Source: Candidatus Neptunichlamydia sp.
Lineage (GTDB): Bacteria > Chlamydiota > Chlamydiia > Chlamydiales > Simkaniaceae
NCBI GenBank assembly: GCA_965233865.1
Contig: OZ247587.1
Location: 640,001 to 704,000, forward strand
Length of the DNA stretch: 64,000 nucleotides
Reading direction: 5' to 3'
Below are positions 10,314-21,263 of this stretch, piece after piece. The notes beneath the pieces were generated by a model, which worked only from the letters and a program-made list of their open reading frames with translations, ran no database searches and was not told the DNA's origin. Within the stretch, counting starts at the first letter, position 1, and each line of letters opens with the position of its first letter. The position numbers and the translations under genes are program-made.

Positions 10314-13219
10314 TGTGTTTTAAGTATAATGGGGGAATGAAAAATGCAACATCAAAGACAATTGGCGATCGATACCGCGATTATGTTTACACCAAAATTT
10401 TTCCTCTAGAAGAACTTCAAATGGTTCTCTATGAGCTAACACATGAACCTACCGGTGCAAGGGTGGTTCATTTAGAGGCTGATGATCCTGAAAATCTTTT
10501 TTGTTTATCCTTTCAAACGCTTCCGAATGACTCGACTGGCGTCGCTCATATTTTAGAACACACGGTGCTATGTGGTTCCAAGAAATTCCCTGTGAAGGAT
10601 CCTTTTTTCTCCATGGCCCGTCGTAGCTTAAACACCTTTATGAATGCGATGACAGGAGCCGATTTTACCTGTTATCCCGCCGCTTCTCAGGTAGAAAAAG
10701 ACTTCTACAATCTTCTTGAAGTTTACCTTGATGCTGTCTTTTATCCCGAACTCAAAGAAATGAGTTTTTTGCAAGAAGGACACAGACTTGAACTGGATAC
10801 AGACCTCACACACAAGGGCGTGGTCTATAATGAGATGAAAGGAAGCCTCTCCAATCCTGAAACAAGACTTTGGCACGAACTAACAAAGTATTTAACCCCT
10901 GATTTAACCTATTCGTTTAACTCAGGGGGAGAACCGGAAGAGATTCCTAATTTAACTTGGGAACAGCTCAAAGCATTCCATGCGACTCACTATCACCCTA
11001 GCCGCTGCGTCTTCTTCTTTTATGGAAATCTCTCCCTTGAAAACCATTTAGACTTTGTTGCAAAAAATGCTCTTAAAGACGTGAAAGAACTTCCCCCTCT
11101 TGAAAAGATACCCAAACAAAAACGGTTCAAAAAACCGCAAACGCGTGAAGGGAAATATCCTGGAGAAAATGGCCAACAGTTCGTATCATTTTCTTGGCTC
11201 ACCTGCTCAATAGACAATCAAGAAGACGCACTTGCACTTGCGCTCATCGACTCGATTTTGATGGAAACCGATGCCTCTCCCCTAAAGCATGCACTTCTAA
11301 AATCAAAGCTCTGCACCCAAGCCGATGGGTACCTTGATACCGACATGAGTGAAATCCCCTACGTTATTATTTGTCGTGGTTGCGGCGCTGGCAGTGCTGA
11401 GAAGCTCAAGCAAGTCGTTTTAGATACTCTAGAGAATCTAAAGATCAAATCAACGCAAATTGAAGCGGCAATTCATCAATTAGAGTTTTCTCGATTAGAA
11501 ATTACAGGAGACTACGGTCCCTTCGGGCTAACTCTCTTTATGCGCTCCATTCTTGCCATGCAACATGGATGCCCCGCTGAAAATGCCTTAACGGTTTACA
11601 GCCAATTTAAAAAACTGAGCCTTCTCGTCAAAGATCCAAATTTTCTTCCGAAAATCATCCGGAAATATTTCCTCGACAACCCCCACTTTTTGACCCACAT
11701 TTTTTCTCCCGATAACACCCTAGAAAAGAGAGAACAAGAGGAAGAAAAAAAACGCCTCAAAACGATCGAACAAACGCTCACAAAAAAAGACCACGATGCA
11801 ATTAAAAAACAGACCAAAGCTTTAGAGAAATATCAAGAAAAAATAGAATCCCAATCCCTTGATTGTCTCCCTAAAATTAGCATGGAAGACGTCCCTAAGG
11901 AAGTCACAGATTTTTATCTCGAACATGAGAAAATTGAACAGCTTACTATCTTTCACCACGAGTGTTTTACCAATCATATCGTTTATGCACGAATGCTTTT
12001 TGACCTTCCGCAGATAGCGTATGAAGACCTTCCATACCTTCAGCTATTGATTTCCATTCTCCCAGAACTTGGATCAGGAGGAAGAGATTACCGCGCTAAC
12101 CTTGACTATATCAACTTGTACCTAGGAGACTTTGGAACATCCTTAAGCCTTTATCCACAGATCGATAATCCAAATCATCTAAGACCCGCTTTTGGATTCA
12201 AGGGAAAGGTCCTTAATCGAAATCTTTCAAAACTATTTTCACTCTTTTCAGATGTTTGTATGACTCCCGATTTGAAAGATAAAGGCCGGATCAAAGAATT
12301 GATCCTCCAAATTCACACCTCCCTTGAGAACCGTCTCACTAAAAGTGCCATGACTTATGCCATTCAACGCTCAAATAGAATATTCTCTTTGACACCCTTT
12401 ATTAGCGACGCACTAAATGGCCTTTCATATTTTCAGTTCGTTAGAAAAATTGCTAAGGACATCGATAAGCACCTCCCCTATCTCATTGAAAGATTTTTGC
12501 AACTAAGAGGAAGTTTATTTCATTTTACGTCGCCTCACCTAATTCTTAGCTGCGATAAGGATCAGTACAAAATGCTATCCAAAGAAAAGTTTTTCGATCT
12601 CTCGAGCCTCCCCTCAAAACCCTTTATACCTTGGGAAGGTTATTCACTCCCCAGCTCAGGAACATCAGAAGCCCGCACCATCTCATCACCCGTTGCATTT
12701 TCTTCTCTAGGAATGAAAACAGTCACCCACTCACCAGTTCTATCGGTATCCACCGACATTATGGAGAATACCTTTCTCCATAAAAAACTAAGGGAGCAGG
12801 GAGGGGCCTACGGCGGCGGTGCGAATTATAATCCCCTAACAGGAAGCTACTACCTCTATTCCTATAGAGACCCTCACATCTCCTCAACATTTGAGACCTT
12901 TCTCGAAGGAATTACTCAAATCGCCAAGGGAAAATTCACTGAGCGAGATCTCACCGAAGCAAAGCTTGGAATTCTCCAGGATGCTGACTCTCCCATTTCT
13001 CCAGGTAGCCGAGCAAGTGTTGCCTATTCTTACTTCCGCGAAGGCCAAACCAAGCAATCTCGAGAAGAGTTCCGTGATCACCTTTTAAGTGTCACTAAAG
13101 AAGAGGTGAAAAAAACTGTTAAAGAGAAGCTTGATCCCTCGAGTGGAATCAAGGCCACATTTGCTGGTGATACGCTCTTAAAAAATGAAAATCCGGGCCT
13201 AAAAATCGAACCTATTTAA
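10313..13219 (+). CDS. Insulinase-family (M16C, presequence protease-like) zinc metallopeptidase
   Basis: Inverted HxxEH motif (GVAHILEHTVLCGS), NTFMNAMT, GVVYNEMKG, REQGGAYGG, SYRDP; start could be ATG at 10337. Confidence 0.92.
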   Translation: MCFKYNGGMKNATSKTIGDRYRDYVYTKIFPLEELQMVLYELTHEPTGARVVHLEADDPENLFCLSFQTLPNDSTGVAHILEHTVLCGSKKFPVKDPFFSMARRSLNTFMNAMTGADFTCYPAASQVEKDFYNLLEVYLDAVFYPELKEMSFLQEGHRLELDTDLTHKGVVYNEMKGSLSNPETRLWHELTKYLTPDLTYSFNSGGEPEEIPNLTWEQLKAFHATHYHPSRCVFFFYGNLSLENHLDFVAKNALKDVKELPPLEKIPKQKRFKKPQTREGKYPGENGQQFVSFSWLTCSIDNQEDALALALIDSILMETDASPLKHALLKSKLCTQADGYLDTDMSEIPYVIICRGCGAGSAEKLKQVVLDTLENLKIKSTQIEAAIHQLEFSRLEITGDYGPFGLTLFMRSILAMQHGCPAENALTVYSQFKKLSLLVKDPNFLPKIIRKYFLDNPHFLTHIFSPDNTLEKREQEEEKKRLKTIEQTLTKKDHDAIKKQTKALEKYQEKIESQSLDCLPKISMEDVPKEVTDFYLEHEKIEQLTIFHHECFTNHIVYARMLFDLPQIAYEDLPYLQLLISILPELGSGGRDYRANLDYINLYLGDFGTSLSLYPQIDNPNHLRPAFGFKGKVLNRNLSKLFSLFSDVCMTPDLKDKGRIKELILQIHTSLENRLTKSAMTYAIQRSNRIFSLTPFISDALNGLSYFQFVRKIAKDIDKHLPYLIERFLQLRGSLFHFTSPHLILSCDKDQYKMLSKEKFFDLSSLPSKPFIPWEGYSLPSSGTSEARTISSPVAFSSLGMKTVTHSPVLSVSTDIMENTFLHKKLREQGGAYGGGANYNPLTGSYYLYSYRDPHISSTFETFLEGITQIAKGKFTERDLTEAKLGILQDADSPISPGSRASVAYSYFREGQTKQSREEFRDHLLSVTKEEVKKTVKEKLDPSSGIKATFAGDTLLKNENPGLKIEPI

Positions 13220-13477
13220 CGTGAGTTTGATTTTAAAATACCACATAGTCAGAAACTTAAGTGGTAATTAAAGATTGTATCAATGAGAGCACGTTTATAA
13301 GGCATGGTTTTGTCATAAATATTTATTAGGAGGAATAACATGAGGATAGTTAATAACCCCTCTTGAAGCTTTTTGTGCCATTGATTGTCATGTCTAAATG
13401 ACAGCCACTTTGACTTTAAAAAATGCGTGTAGTAAACTCCTTGACGATACTTACATTAATAGAAAGGTAGGTCATTT

Positions 13478-16400
13478 GTGCTAAATGTACAGCCCTCGAC
13501 ACATTTTAAAACGCCGCAAAACCTCCAAGCCCCCTCTAGTGACCACTCATGTGGTTATAGCTCTTTAGAAAGCTCCTCATCCACTTCTCCGCTTTCAAGA
13601 CCATTACCTTTAAGGCTCCCAAAAGCAAAATACCAAAAACTGTTTGCTGGTAGATCACATGAACCTCAAAAAAGACTAACTGCCAACAATAAACACATCC
13701 GAATCCTACAAACACAAATCAACAAAAAAATCCAAGGTAGCTATTTTTTCACTCCAGGGAAGCAAGAAGACGATCACTTCCAGAAAGTCTTCATAGATTT
13801 TTTCCGTGGCCTGCGTGGTGGAGAAACCTTGGTAAATTCTGCAGGAGAATCTTTAGCCAGGGGATTTGTTACTTATGATGATGTCTGCAATATCTATACA
13901 ACCGAACCAATAAAGGATGATGACAATGGATCATGGGATTTTTCAACCATCTATTCTCCGACTGACCAACTGATTGAAGAACTCAGCCAAATTCTTGAAG
14001 AAGAATACGGCCTCAAAGGACAGTTTCTTAAATCTTTGAGTAAATCCGGACAAAAAATTGGCAATGCGTTTCAACTCGAGACTCGCGACACCTGCCTTCG
14101 AGAGTTCCCTATCTTTCCCAGGGTATTCCCCCGTTGCATAGATACCTTGAAGGGGATATTTAGCAGCCTTTTGATAGAAGAATGGCTAAAGCAAGACATC
14201 GAAGAAATAAAAATCTATCTCAACGAAATTGACTACATAGATCGACGTGTACCTGGTTGTGAAGAGCTAAACAATGCAATCACTTTATGGACAACAGCAA
14301 AGCACTACGCTCAACAGCAACAGCAAAGAGACATCGCTCTTAAAACAAAACACAAAAATGAGCTAAAAGATGACCTATGTGGTACTGCAATCTCTGGGGG
14401 ATTATCTTTTGTAACGGGCAATCCAAGCTTCGTTATTGGGAAAGCCGCTCAAACAATAATGAACTCTCTTGGCAATAAGATCGACCCTGAAGGAAGAGAC
14501 AAGAGAATACAAGTTCTCAAAATATTTGGGGGTGTTGGACTTGGAAGCACTCTTGGGGGCAACACTTGGGACCTTGGAACAGCTTTAGGAGTAGATTTAC
14601 TCGACCTTGTGACTAAGTCAGAAAAAACAGAAAAATCTGAAAGCGCTCTTAGAAACTTAAGCGGATCTGTACTCAAAGGCGTATTAACCAAAGATAAAAA
14701 GAAGCTCATCTGCCAAATACTCAGTTGTAGCGTAGCTGAAGCAGTGAATCAGCTTCCAGAGACTGATGAAAAAACATCGCTAGAGATGCGCATTGCACGG
14801 GCACTTTTAACAAATAGCGACATGCAATCTCACTACATCAATCAGTACGTAGACAAAAAGTTCAAAAAAGCTCCCAAGCAAACCTTAAGTGACGAAACTG
14901 CGGCAAAAGACCCTAATATTAGCAAGCCATCACAAGAAATAGAGATGCACGACCAGGCCCTTTACTTAAGACTAGTGGAAGAACAAAAGCAAAACAATCT
15001 CGCATTAAAGAAAGTTACTGAGAAACTAAATAACCCCCATTACTCAGAGTTTGGAAGCGCCGCAAATACACTGATAGAGAAAGAAGCTGGTGTTAAAGAA
15101 GCTCAGAAAAAATACGATAAAAAGCTCGCTATAGAGCGCAAAGTATTTGGACCAAGGAAAGAAATAAAAGCAGAGAAAAAAACAAAAAGCGCCAATAAGA
15201 ATCTTAAAAAAGCCAGTGGAGAAAAAGCTGTTGTTGACCAATTCATAAGCAACACAAGTAATGAAATCTCTAAACTACAAAAGAAGATATCAAGCAATAT
15301 TCAAGCACAAGCTGAGGCTAGCGCTCCCAAACACATAATCCCTCCAACGCCAGAGCTAAAAGCTCCTTTTGCTAAATCATCAAAAAAGACCAAGAACCAT
15401 CATGTGGCCTATTTCGATATGCAAGGGCAAAAACAGAGTCTTGGAAAATACAAAACAGCAGGAGATGCGAACCTTATCTCTGGAGCTTGGTCTCATTTTG
15501 AAGTCATTTCAAAAAACCTAGAGATGCGCTGTTATGCAGCCCAAGAGCAGCTTGTCTCTCAAGGAACACACGTAGATAACATTCCAGAAAGGCCAAAGCT
15601 AGAAAAGCCGCAATTCTCTGGAAATGACGCTTCTAAAAACCACCAAAAGATCCAAAAAACTCGCATACAAAATCAGAAAAAAGTAGAACAATACCTCACA
15701 CAGCTTGGAGATCTCTCTATAACGCCACTAGAAAAAACTGGCTTGACCAAAGGAGACATAAATCGTATAGCACGCGATATGACTCCAACAGCAAAGGATC
15801 CTAAAGAGCATGGCGTCTTCTATAAAGCATGGAGACTTCCAAAAAAAGGACTCGATAAAACAACAAACTTCTTAAAAAAGATAGGATTTACTGGAGAAAT
15901 AACAGTAGCCAATATGGACCTCTATAAAATGAAAGCTCTTAACCTTAGTGATCGCTATCTTCCAAAAGAAGCTCCAGTAAAAGCAATACCAATACCTAAA
16001 TACGGATGGGAACAACTTCAAGATCATCACCAGCAAGTCATAGCAAAGATTCTTGAAAAAAAGACAGTAGCACAAAAAGCACCCTCTAGAGCGCTAAATT
16101 ATGGTAAAGTATTTGGAAATGGTGTTGCTAATGGAGTACAGCTGCCTCCGACAGACCTCAATCATCTTGGTCGAAACAACGAACTTCCACGAGTAATTAT
16201 TCCTCAAAGGCAAATGCAAGTAGCAAGATTTTCTGGTTCTATGGAATTTGCCTTGATCGATGCAGAACGACAGTCAAAATTTGTAATGAGAGCCGCAAAT
16301 TCCGTAAAAAATGTTGCCGTTAATGACTTCACAAAAAGCGTTCCAAAAGGTAGTACTAAAGTTCTACGAGGCATCTGCACTTTAATGCTTCCAGATATGT

Positions 16401-17428
16401 CTGATATCCCAGGAGCAGAATGTCCAAAAAAGCACCTTAGAAAATTCTCCAACAATGCTCTATTCAAGTATGACAAGCTTGTACATATCAAGGATCCTCA
16501 TTCTTTCGTTGCAAAAGCTGGAGAGTTCGTTGGTGAGGTAATCTCTCTTGGAGGCATTGGCAGAGTGGCCAGAGTCGCAGAAGGCATCAGCATCCTCGGA
16601 ATGGCCAGTGAAGGCGGCGTAGTAGGCCTTGTTATGGCAGAAGTTCATGGAACAAATAAAATCTCTGGGGTAGCGTTTGGTTTTGGTGGAGGAGCCGTCG
16701 CAGGGTCAATACCTATAGCGTTTAGAGCGCTGAAGCCTATGAGAGCCACTAGCCCACTGCAGGATAGGGCCCTGAATCTTTCTATATCAAGAAATGAAGC
16801 AGGCATGCAGCTACTAGAAAACCGCGCTCTGCGATGTGGATTTGTAAGTGATAAAACTGTTGAGAATCTTGCTGGTAGAGAAATCGCCTATATAAAACCC
16901 TTCGAGATGTTATACGTTAAAAAAGGTCCAAAGCTTGAGTGGTGGAAGGCTGCAAGCCCAAAGATTGATCATCTTAAGCGAATAGCTAAAACACCAAAAA
17001 AATTTTATGGTTCCCTGACAAGAGAGTTTGGATCCCAAAATTTATCAGAACTTCAGATTCGCAGGGTCTTGGACTATTCTGGATTTAAGTCTTTTGAGAA
17101 TCCAAAGTATTTTCCTGCTCAATATGTAGCAGAGTTTGCAAAGAAAAATGCAGGTATTGTTTTTAGAAAACCTGGGACCATATACAAAGAAAACATCCTC
17201 ATCAGAATCTGCTCAGGTCTGCGTAACGAGAATCCAGTGACTGCAATTATTGAGGGTAAACAGATGAATGGTACGATGAGGCAACAAACGCATTATGTGG
17301 TTCAAACAAAGGGAAATTTAAAACGTACAATTGATGATAGATGGGTTAGAGCAGATGCTCTTAACAAGGAAAATCAAGCACTAACACATATTCCATTGAG
17401 CGAATATCAATTTAAGGGGTGGGAATAA
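13478..17428 (+). CDS. Large hypothetical protein, polymorphic-toxin/effector-like
   Basis: 1316-aa ORF; Ser-rich N-terminus, glycine-zipper hydrophobic segments, Lys-rich coiled coil, C-terminal ..RQQTHYVVQTKG..THIPLSEYQF; start uncertain. Confidence 0.6.
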   Translation: MLNVQPSTHFKTPQNLQAPSSDHSCGYSSLESSSSTSPLSRPLPLRLPKAKYQKLFAGRSHEPQKRLTANNKHIRILQTQINKKIQGSYFFTPGKQEDDHFQKVFIDFFRGLRGGETLVNSAGESLARGFVTYDDVCNIYTTEPIKDDDNGSWDFSTIYSPTDQLIEELSQILEEEYGLKGQFLKSLSKSGQKIGNAFQLETRDTCLREFPIFPRVFPRCIDTLKGIFSSLLIEEWLKQDIEEIKIYLNEIDYIDRRVPGCEELNNAITLWTTAKHYAQQQQQRDIALKTKHKNELKDDLCGTAISGGLSFVTGNPSFVIGKAAQTIMNSLGNKIDPEGRDKRIQVLKIFGGVGLGSTLGGNTWDLGTALGVDLLDLVTKSEKTEKSESALRNLSGSVLKGVLTKDKKKLICQILSCSVAEAVNQLPETDEKTSLEMRIARALLTNSDMQSHYINQYVDKKFKKAPKQTLSDETAAKDPNISKPSQEIEMHDQALYLRLVEEQKQNNLALKKVTEKLNNPHYSEFGSAANTLIEKEAGVKEAQKKYDKKLAIERKVFGPRKEIKAEKKTKSANKNLKKASGEKAVVDQFISNTSNEISKLQKKISSNIQAQAEASAPKHIIPPTPELKAPFAKSSKKTKNHHVAYFDMQGQKQSLGKYKTAGDANLISGAWSHFEVISKNLEMRCYAAQEQLVSQGTHVDNIPERPKLEKPQFSGNDASKNHQKIQKTRIQNQKKVEQYLTQLGDLSITPLEKTGLTKGDINRIARDMTPTAKDPKEHGVFYKAWRLPKKGLDKTTNFLKKIGFTGEITVANMDLYKMKALNLSDRYLPKEAPVKAIPIPKYGWEQLQDHHQQVIAKILEKKTVAQKAPSRALNYGKVFGNGVANGVQLPPTDLNHLGRNNELPRVIIPQRQMQVARFSGSMEFALIDAERQSKFVMRAANSVKNVAVNDFTKSVPKGSTKVLRGICTLMLPDMSDIPGAECPKKHLRKFSNNALFKYDKLVHIKDPHSFVAKAGEFVGEVISLGGIGRVARVAEGISILGMASEGGVVGLVMAEVHGTNKISGVAFGFGGGAVAGSIPIAFRALKPMRATSPLQDRALNLSISRNEAGMQLLENRALRCGFVSDKTVENLAGREIAYIKPFEMLYVKKGPKLEWWKAASPKIDHLKRIAKTPKKFYGSLTREFGSQNLSELQIRRVLDYSGFKSFENPKYFPAQYVAEFAKKNAGIVFRKPGTIYKENILIRICSGLRNENPVTAIIEGKQMNGTMRQQTHYVVQTKGNLKRTIDDRWVRADALNKENQALTHIPLSEYQFKGWE

Positions 17429-18459
17429 TGATACCTGAGCCTGATAAGTTGGAAGAAGAAGAGAAAAAGGAACTTAGGGAATTTTACCCTTTATTCATAG
17501 CTGAAAAAATTATTGAATTAACTCCAGAGATTAATGAACAACCACGCACAAAGATTACAGATTTCTACCCTCTATGCACAGCAATCTGGAAAATTTCCAA
17601 CGCAGAATACCAAGAGCGCTTCTGGGTAAGGCAAGAGCCTCCTATGTTGCATGCAGATAACTATATGGAAACGCTTGAAACTTTTCTATCTAATGGAGAG
17701 GCTGTTCTTTTGGCTAATGATGCTGAAAGAATTTCTATGACACCCAAGCAACGCGAGATGCTGCAGAAGCTATATGATATAGTCGATGATTTTGATGGGG
17801 ATGGTGATACACCAGACGATTCTGGATACGGCTTTAACGATTCTGCAATCATTGCTGACTATAGGTGGCATAAGATCCAAGCCTACGCCAAGCTCGTTTA
17901 TGAAGAGATCACCGGAGAAGACCTCGATGAATGGGAAAGATCGCGTCCTCCAAGAGCAAAGCGCCCTGAGATAAAGCAAAGAGACGCAACAACAGAAGAG
18001 ATTCGTGCAGAAGAGAAAAAAATCTACCCAACCTTCCTAATTGAACAATTTAAAAGCCGTCAGACTATTCCTGAGACGAGTCTTTATCATTACCTGATCA
18101 ACATGTATTTAGAAATTTGGACAGTATCTAACCAGGGATACCAAGAGCGTTTTTGGGTTAGGAAAGAGTTTCCTCTATACGATGAAGAAAATTGCATGAA
18201 AACGTGTTCTAGGTATCTATGTGATGTGGTGACAGTGATACGTGGTGCTGAAGATAACAAGCTTGATGTGACAATGAAGCAATGCTCTATGCTCAAGAAG
18301 CTCTCTGAAATGATCAAAAATTTCAAAAAAGATCCTAATAGGCCAGATGATCCAGGGTATGGTATTAATGATAGTGAAATTATTGCCTGTGAAAAGTGGC
18401 AAGAAATAAGAGACTATGCCAAGTGTGTCTATGAAGAGCTAACAGGAGAAAAGTCTTAG
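17428..18459 (+). CDS. Tandem-duplicated domain protein, candidate immunity protein
   Basis: ATG overlaps upstream stop (TAATG 17426-17430); two copies of IWxxSNxxYQERFWVR...KQxxMLxKL...PDDxGYGxNDSxIIA..W.xI..YAKxVYEExTGE. Confidence 0.6.
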   Translation: MIPEPDKLEEEEKKELREFYPLFIAEKIIELTPEINEQPRTKITDFYPLCTAIWKISNAEYQERFWVRQEPPMLHADNYMETLETFLSNGEAVLLANDAERISMTPKQREMLQKLYDIVDDFDGDGDTPDDSGYGFNDSAIIADYRWHKIQAYAKLVYEEITGEDLDEWERSRPPRAKRPEIKQRDATTEEIRAEEKKIYPTFLIEQFKSRQTIPETSLYHYLINMYLEIWTVSNQGYQERFWVRKEFPLYDEENCMKTCSRYLCDVVTVIRGAEDNKLDVTMKQCSMLKKLSEMIKNFKKDPNRPDDPGYGINDSEIIACEKWQEIRDYAKCVYEELTGEKS

Positions 18460-18513
18460 CTTCGGAGATCTCCAAGACGAGTACAAAGACTCTGTTTTAT
18501 CTCGGGTATGTTA

Positions 18514-19338
18514 GGTTGTGTTGAGAAATTTCCATAAATGGTGCAAGCTGACTTCCTGAAGAAGGAGATCTATATGCTATACCCGCATAAAATAAATGAC
18601 CACGCCTGGTCGAAACTTTACGAATATCTGAGTAATTACCCCAAAATACATACAAATAACAAAGAGAAAACTCGTTGCTTTGTAGAGGCTGTATTTTGGA
18701 TTGCCAAGAGTGGAGCACAATGGCGTTTGCTACCAAAGGAATATGGAGACTAGAATGCCGTCTATCATCGTTTTGCAGACTGGGCTGAACATGGTGTGTG
18801 GTACAAGATGCTCTACTATTTTTCAAATGATCCAGACATGGAATATATTATGATCGACAGTACAGTCCTCCGCGCTCATGCCTGTGCCGCAGGAGCCAAT
18901 AAAAAAAAACCGGAGGTCAAGACGAGCAGGCCTTAGGTCGGTCCTGCGGAGGTTTTACGACTAAAATCCATAGTATCTGTGATGCATTAGGTAATCCACT
19001 TGATTTTATTTTAACAGGTGGTCAAGCAGCTGATTGTCATCAAGCTATTCCTTTGCTCAAAGGTAGGGATTACAAAGGCTACGACAGCAATGCAATCATT
19101 GATCATGTAAAGAGCATCGGAGCTGTTGCCATCATTCCCTCAAAGAAAAATCGCATTGATCATCGAGAGCATGATAAAGACATATATAAAGAACGACACA
19201 AAATCGAATGTTTATTTGGCTTCCTCAAACATTATAGACGATTGTTTTCTCGGTTCGAGAAGTTAGCATCAAGGTTCAAGGCATTCCTTCATTTTATCGC
19301 GGCTCTCCAATGGTTAAAGTAAATTTCTCAACACAACC
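18514..19338 (+). mobile_element. IS5-family element, copy 1 (defective)
   Basis: 18-bp perfect IRs GGTTGTGTTGAGAAATTT flanked by TA; orfA (SGAQWRLLP, MIDST) has TGG>TAG at 18751; orfB has an 18-bp deletion relative to copy 2. Confidence 0.93.
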
Positions 19339-19359
19339 TATTCCTCCTAATAAATATTT

Positions 19360-19510
19360 ATGACAAAATCATGCTTTGTAAGCGTACTATCATTCAGACA
19401 ATCTTTGATCAGCTCAAAAATATTTCTCAATATTAAACACTCTAGACACCTCTCTCCAACCAATTTTTTAGCCAATTTAATTGCTGGGTTAACGGCCTAC
19501 TTTTTACAAG
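19360..19510 (+). pseudogene. IS982-family transposase C-terminal remnant
   Basis: Reads DKIMLCKRTIIQTIFDQLKNISQ / KHSRHLSPTNFLANLIAGLTAY across a frameshift. Confidence 0.7.
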
Positions 19511-19716
19511 TAAAAAAAAATGTCGATTAACGTCGAAAAATTACCACTTAAGTTTCTGACTATATGATATTTTAAAATTGAATTTACGTTATTATAGGAC
19601 CCGTTTAAGAATAAATTGTCTATTTGACTTAAGCGAGCCGCAGAAAAATGAGTCCTTAGGGTTTTCTAAAAAATACTCTTTGAGTTAAGCTCAGAAATTA
19701 ATTTAGGAGTTTAAGA

Positions 19717-21162
19717 ATGCGTCATTTTTTATCTGGAATTGTTTTAATTATCTGCTTACTTTCTACACAAATTGAAGGGAAAGAAACGGGAGCAAGTGAC
19801 TCCATAGCTTACGGTAAGCGGTATCCAAGTTATAAAAATACCCCAGGAAAAACTTTTTCGCAGCCGTTCATTGAAGTTGCCAAAGGATGTATTCCTTCTG
19901 TGGTCTTTATCAGAGCAGAAGGAGGAATGAACAATGAATCTAACCAAATGTTCAATGATGACTTCTTTAATCACTTTTTTGGTGGACCTCCAAAACGTTC
20001 CCAACAACCTCAAGTAAGCCAAGGTTCAGGGTTTATTATTTCGAAAGAAGGCCATATTATGACCAACCTTCATGTCGTGAGAGGGGCAAAAAAGCTAACT
20101 GTATCACTTCAAGATGGTACAAACCGTCAAGTATCGGCAACTTACATCGGTGGAGATAGCCATACCGATATTGCAGTGATTAAACTTGATGATACATATG
20201 GAAATAATTATCCCTCTTTGGAATTAGGAGACTCTGATGATTTAGAAGTTGGTGAATGGGTTGTTGCAATTGGAAACCCTTTCTCTTTAGAAGCAAGTGT
20301 TTCTGCTGGAATTATCAGCGCAAAAGGACGTCAAGGACTCCAAATTACGGACTACGAAGATTTCATTCAGACAGATGCAGCCATTAACCCAGGGAATTCC
20401 GGTGGGCCTCTAATTGACCTCGATAAAAAAGTTGTGGGCATGAACACTGCGATTGTTTCCCAATCAGGAGGCTACATGGGAATTGGTTTTGCCATTCCGA
20501 GCAATATTTTGGTGAATATCAAAGAGCAGCTAGTTGAAAATGGTGTAGTCACTCGGGGGTTCCTAGGAGTGTCACTGCAACCTATCGATAGCGACCTTGC
20601 TGAAGCGTTTAGAACAAGTACTACTCAAGGAGCACTTGTTGTCGATATCGTTGAAGGATCTCCTGCCGAAGAAGCAGGGCTCCAACAAGGTGACATTATC
20701 ACAAAGATGAACGAAATGCCTGTGAAAGGACCTGGACAGTTGCGCAATGATGTTGTACTTCTTCCTCCAGGCACTAAGGTGAATCTTACAATCAATCGCA
20801 ATGGTAAAACAATGAATCTACCGGTTACTTTGGGAACCTTCGGGGCAAATACCTTAGTGTCTAGCACAACCGCTTCCCAGTACCTTGGATTCTCTGTTGA
20901 CAACCTCACGAATCATAACATTCAACAGTACAAATTCAATCAAGAGGACAAAGGAGTCGTTGTTGTTACGGTTGAACCAAATACACCTGCCGATCAAGCA
21001 GGGATCAAACCAGGATTCCTCGTGATGGCCGTAAATCATCAAAAGGTCGCCACTGTCACTGAGTTTAATGAATCTCTCCAGAATGTGAAGCCAGGAGAAC
21101 GAATTCTTCTTCTGATGCGCCAAGGGCAAGTCATGAAGTTCTACACTCTTAAGGCTCAATAG
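19717..21162 (+). CDS. htrA: Periplasmic serine protease HtrA/DegP
   Basis: Signal peptide, GSGFII, TNLHVV, TDIAVIK, QTDAAINPGNSGGPL, two PDZ domains. Confidence 0.95.
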   Translation: MRHFLSGIVLIICLLSTQIEGKETGASDSIAYGKRYPSYKNTPGKTFSQPFIEVAKGCIPSVVFIRAEGGMNNESNQMFNDDFFNHFFGGPPKRSQQPQVSQGSGFIISKEGHIMTNLHVVRGAKKLTVSLQDGTNRQVSATYIGGDSHTDIAVIKLDDTYGNNYPSLELGDSDDLEVGEWVVAIGNPFSLEASVSAGIISAKGRQGLQITDYEDFIQTDAAINPGNSGGPLIDLDKKVVGMNTAIVSQSGGYMGIGFAIPSNILVNIKEQLVENGVVTRGFLGVSLQPIDSDLAEAFRTSTTQGALVVDIVEGSPAEEAGLQQGDIITKMNEMPVKGPGQLRNDVVLLPPGTKVNLTINRNGKTMNLPVTLGTFGANTLVSSTTASQYLGFSVDNLTNHNIQQYKFNQEDKGVVVVTVEPNTPADQAGIKPGFLVMAVNHQKVATVTEFNESLQNVKPGERILLLMRQGQVMKFYTLKAQ

Positions 21163-21263
21163 GGATTTTCATGAGAAAAATGGTGAGATCTTGTAGACTT
21201 TTTAAAGAGTCTTCTTCTATTTTTTTACGGCCACCGGATTCCATTTCATAGAGGCGGTTTAAT

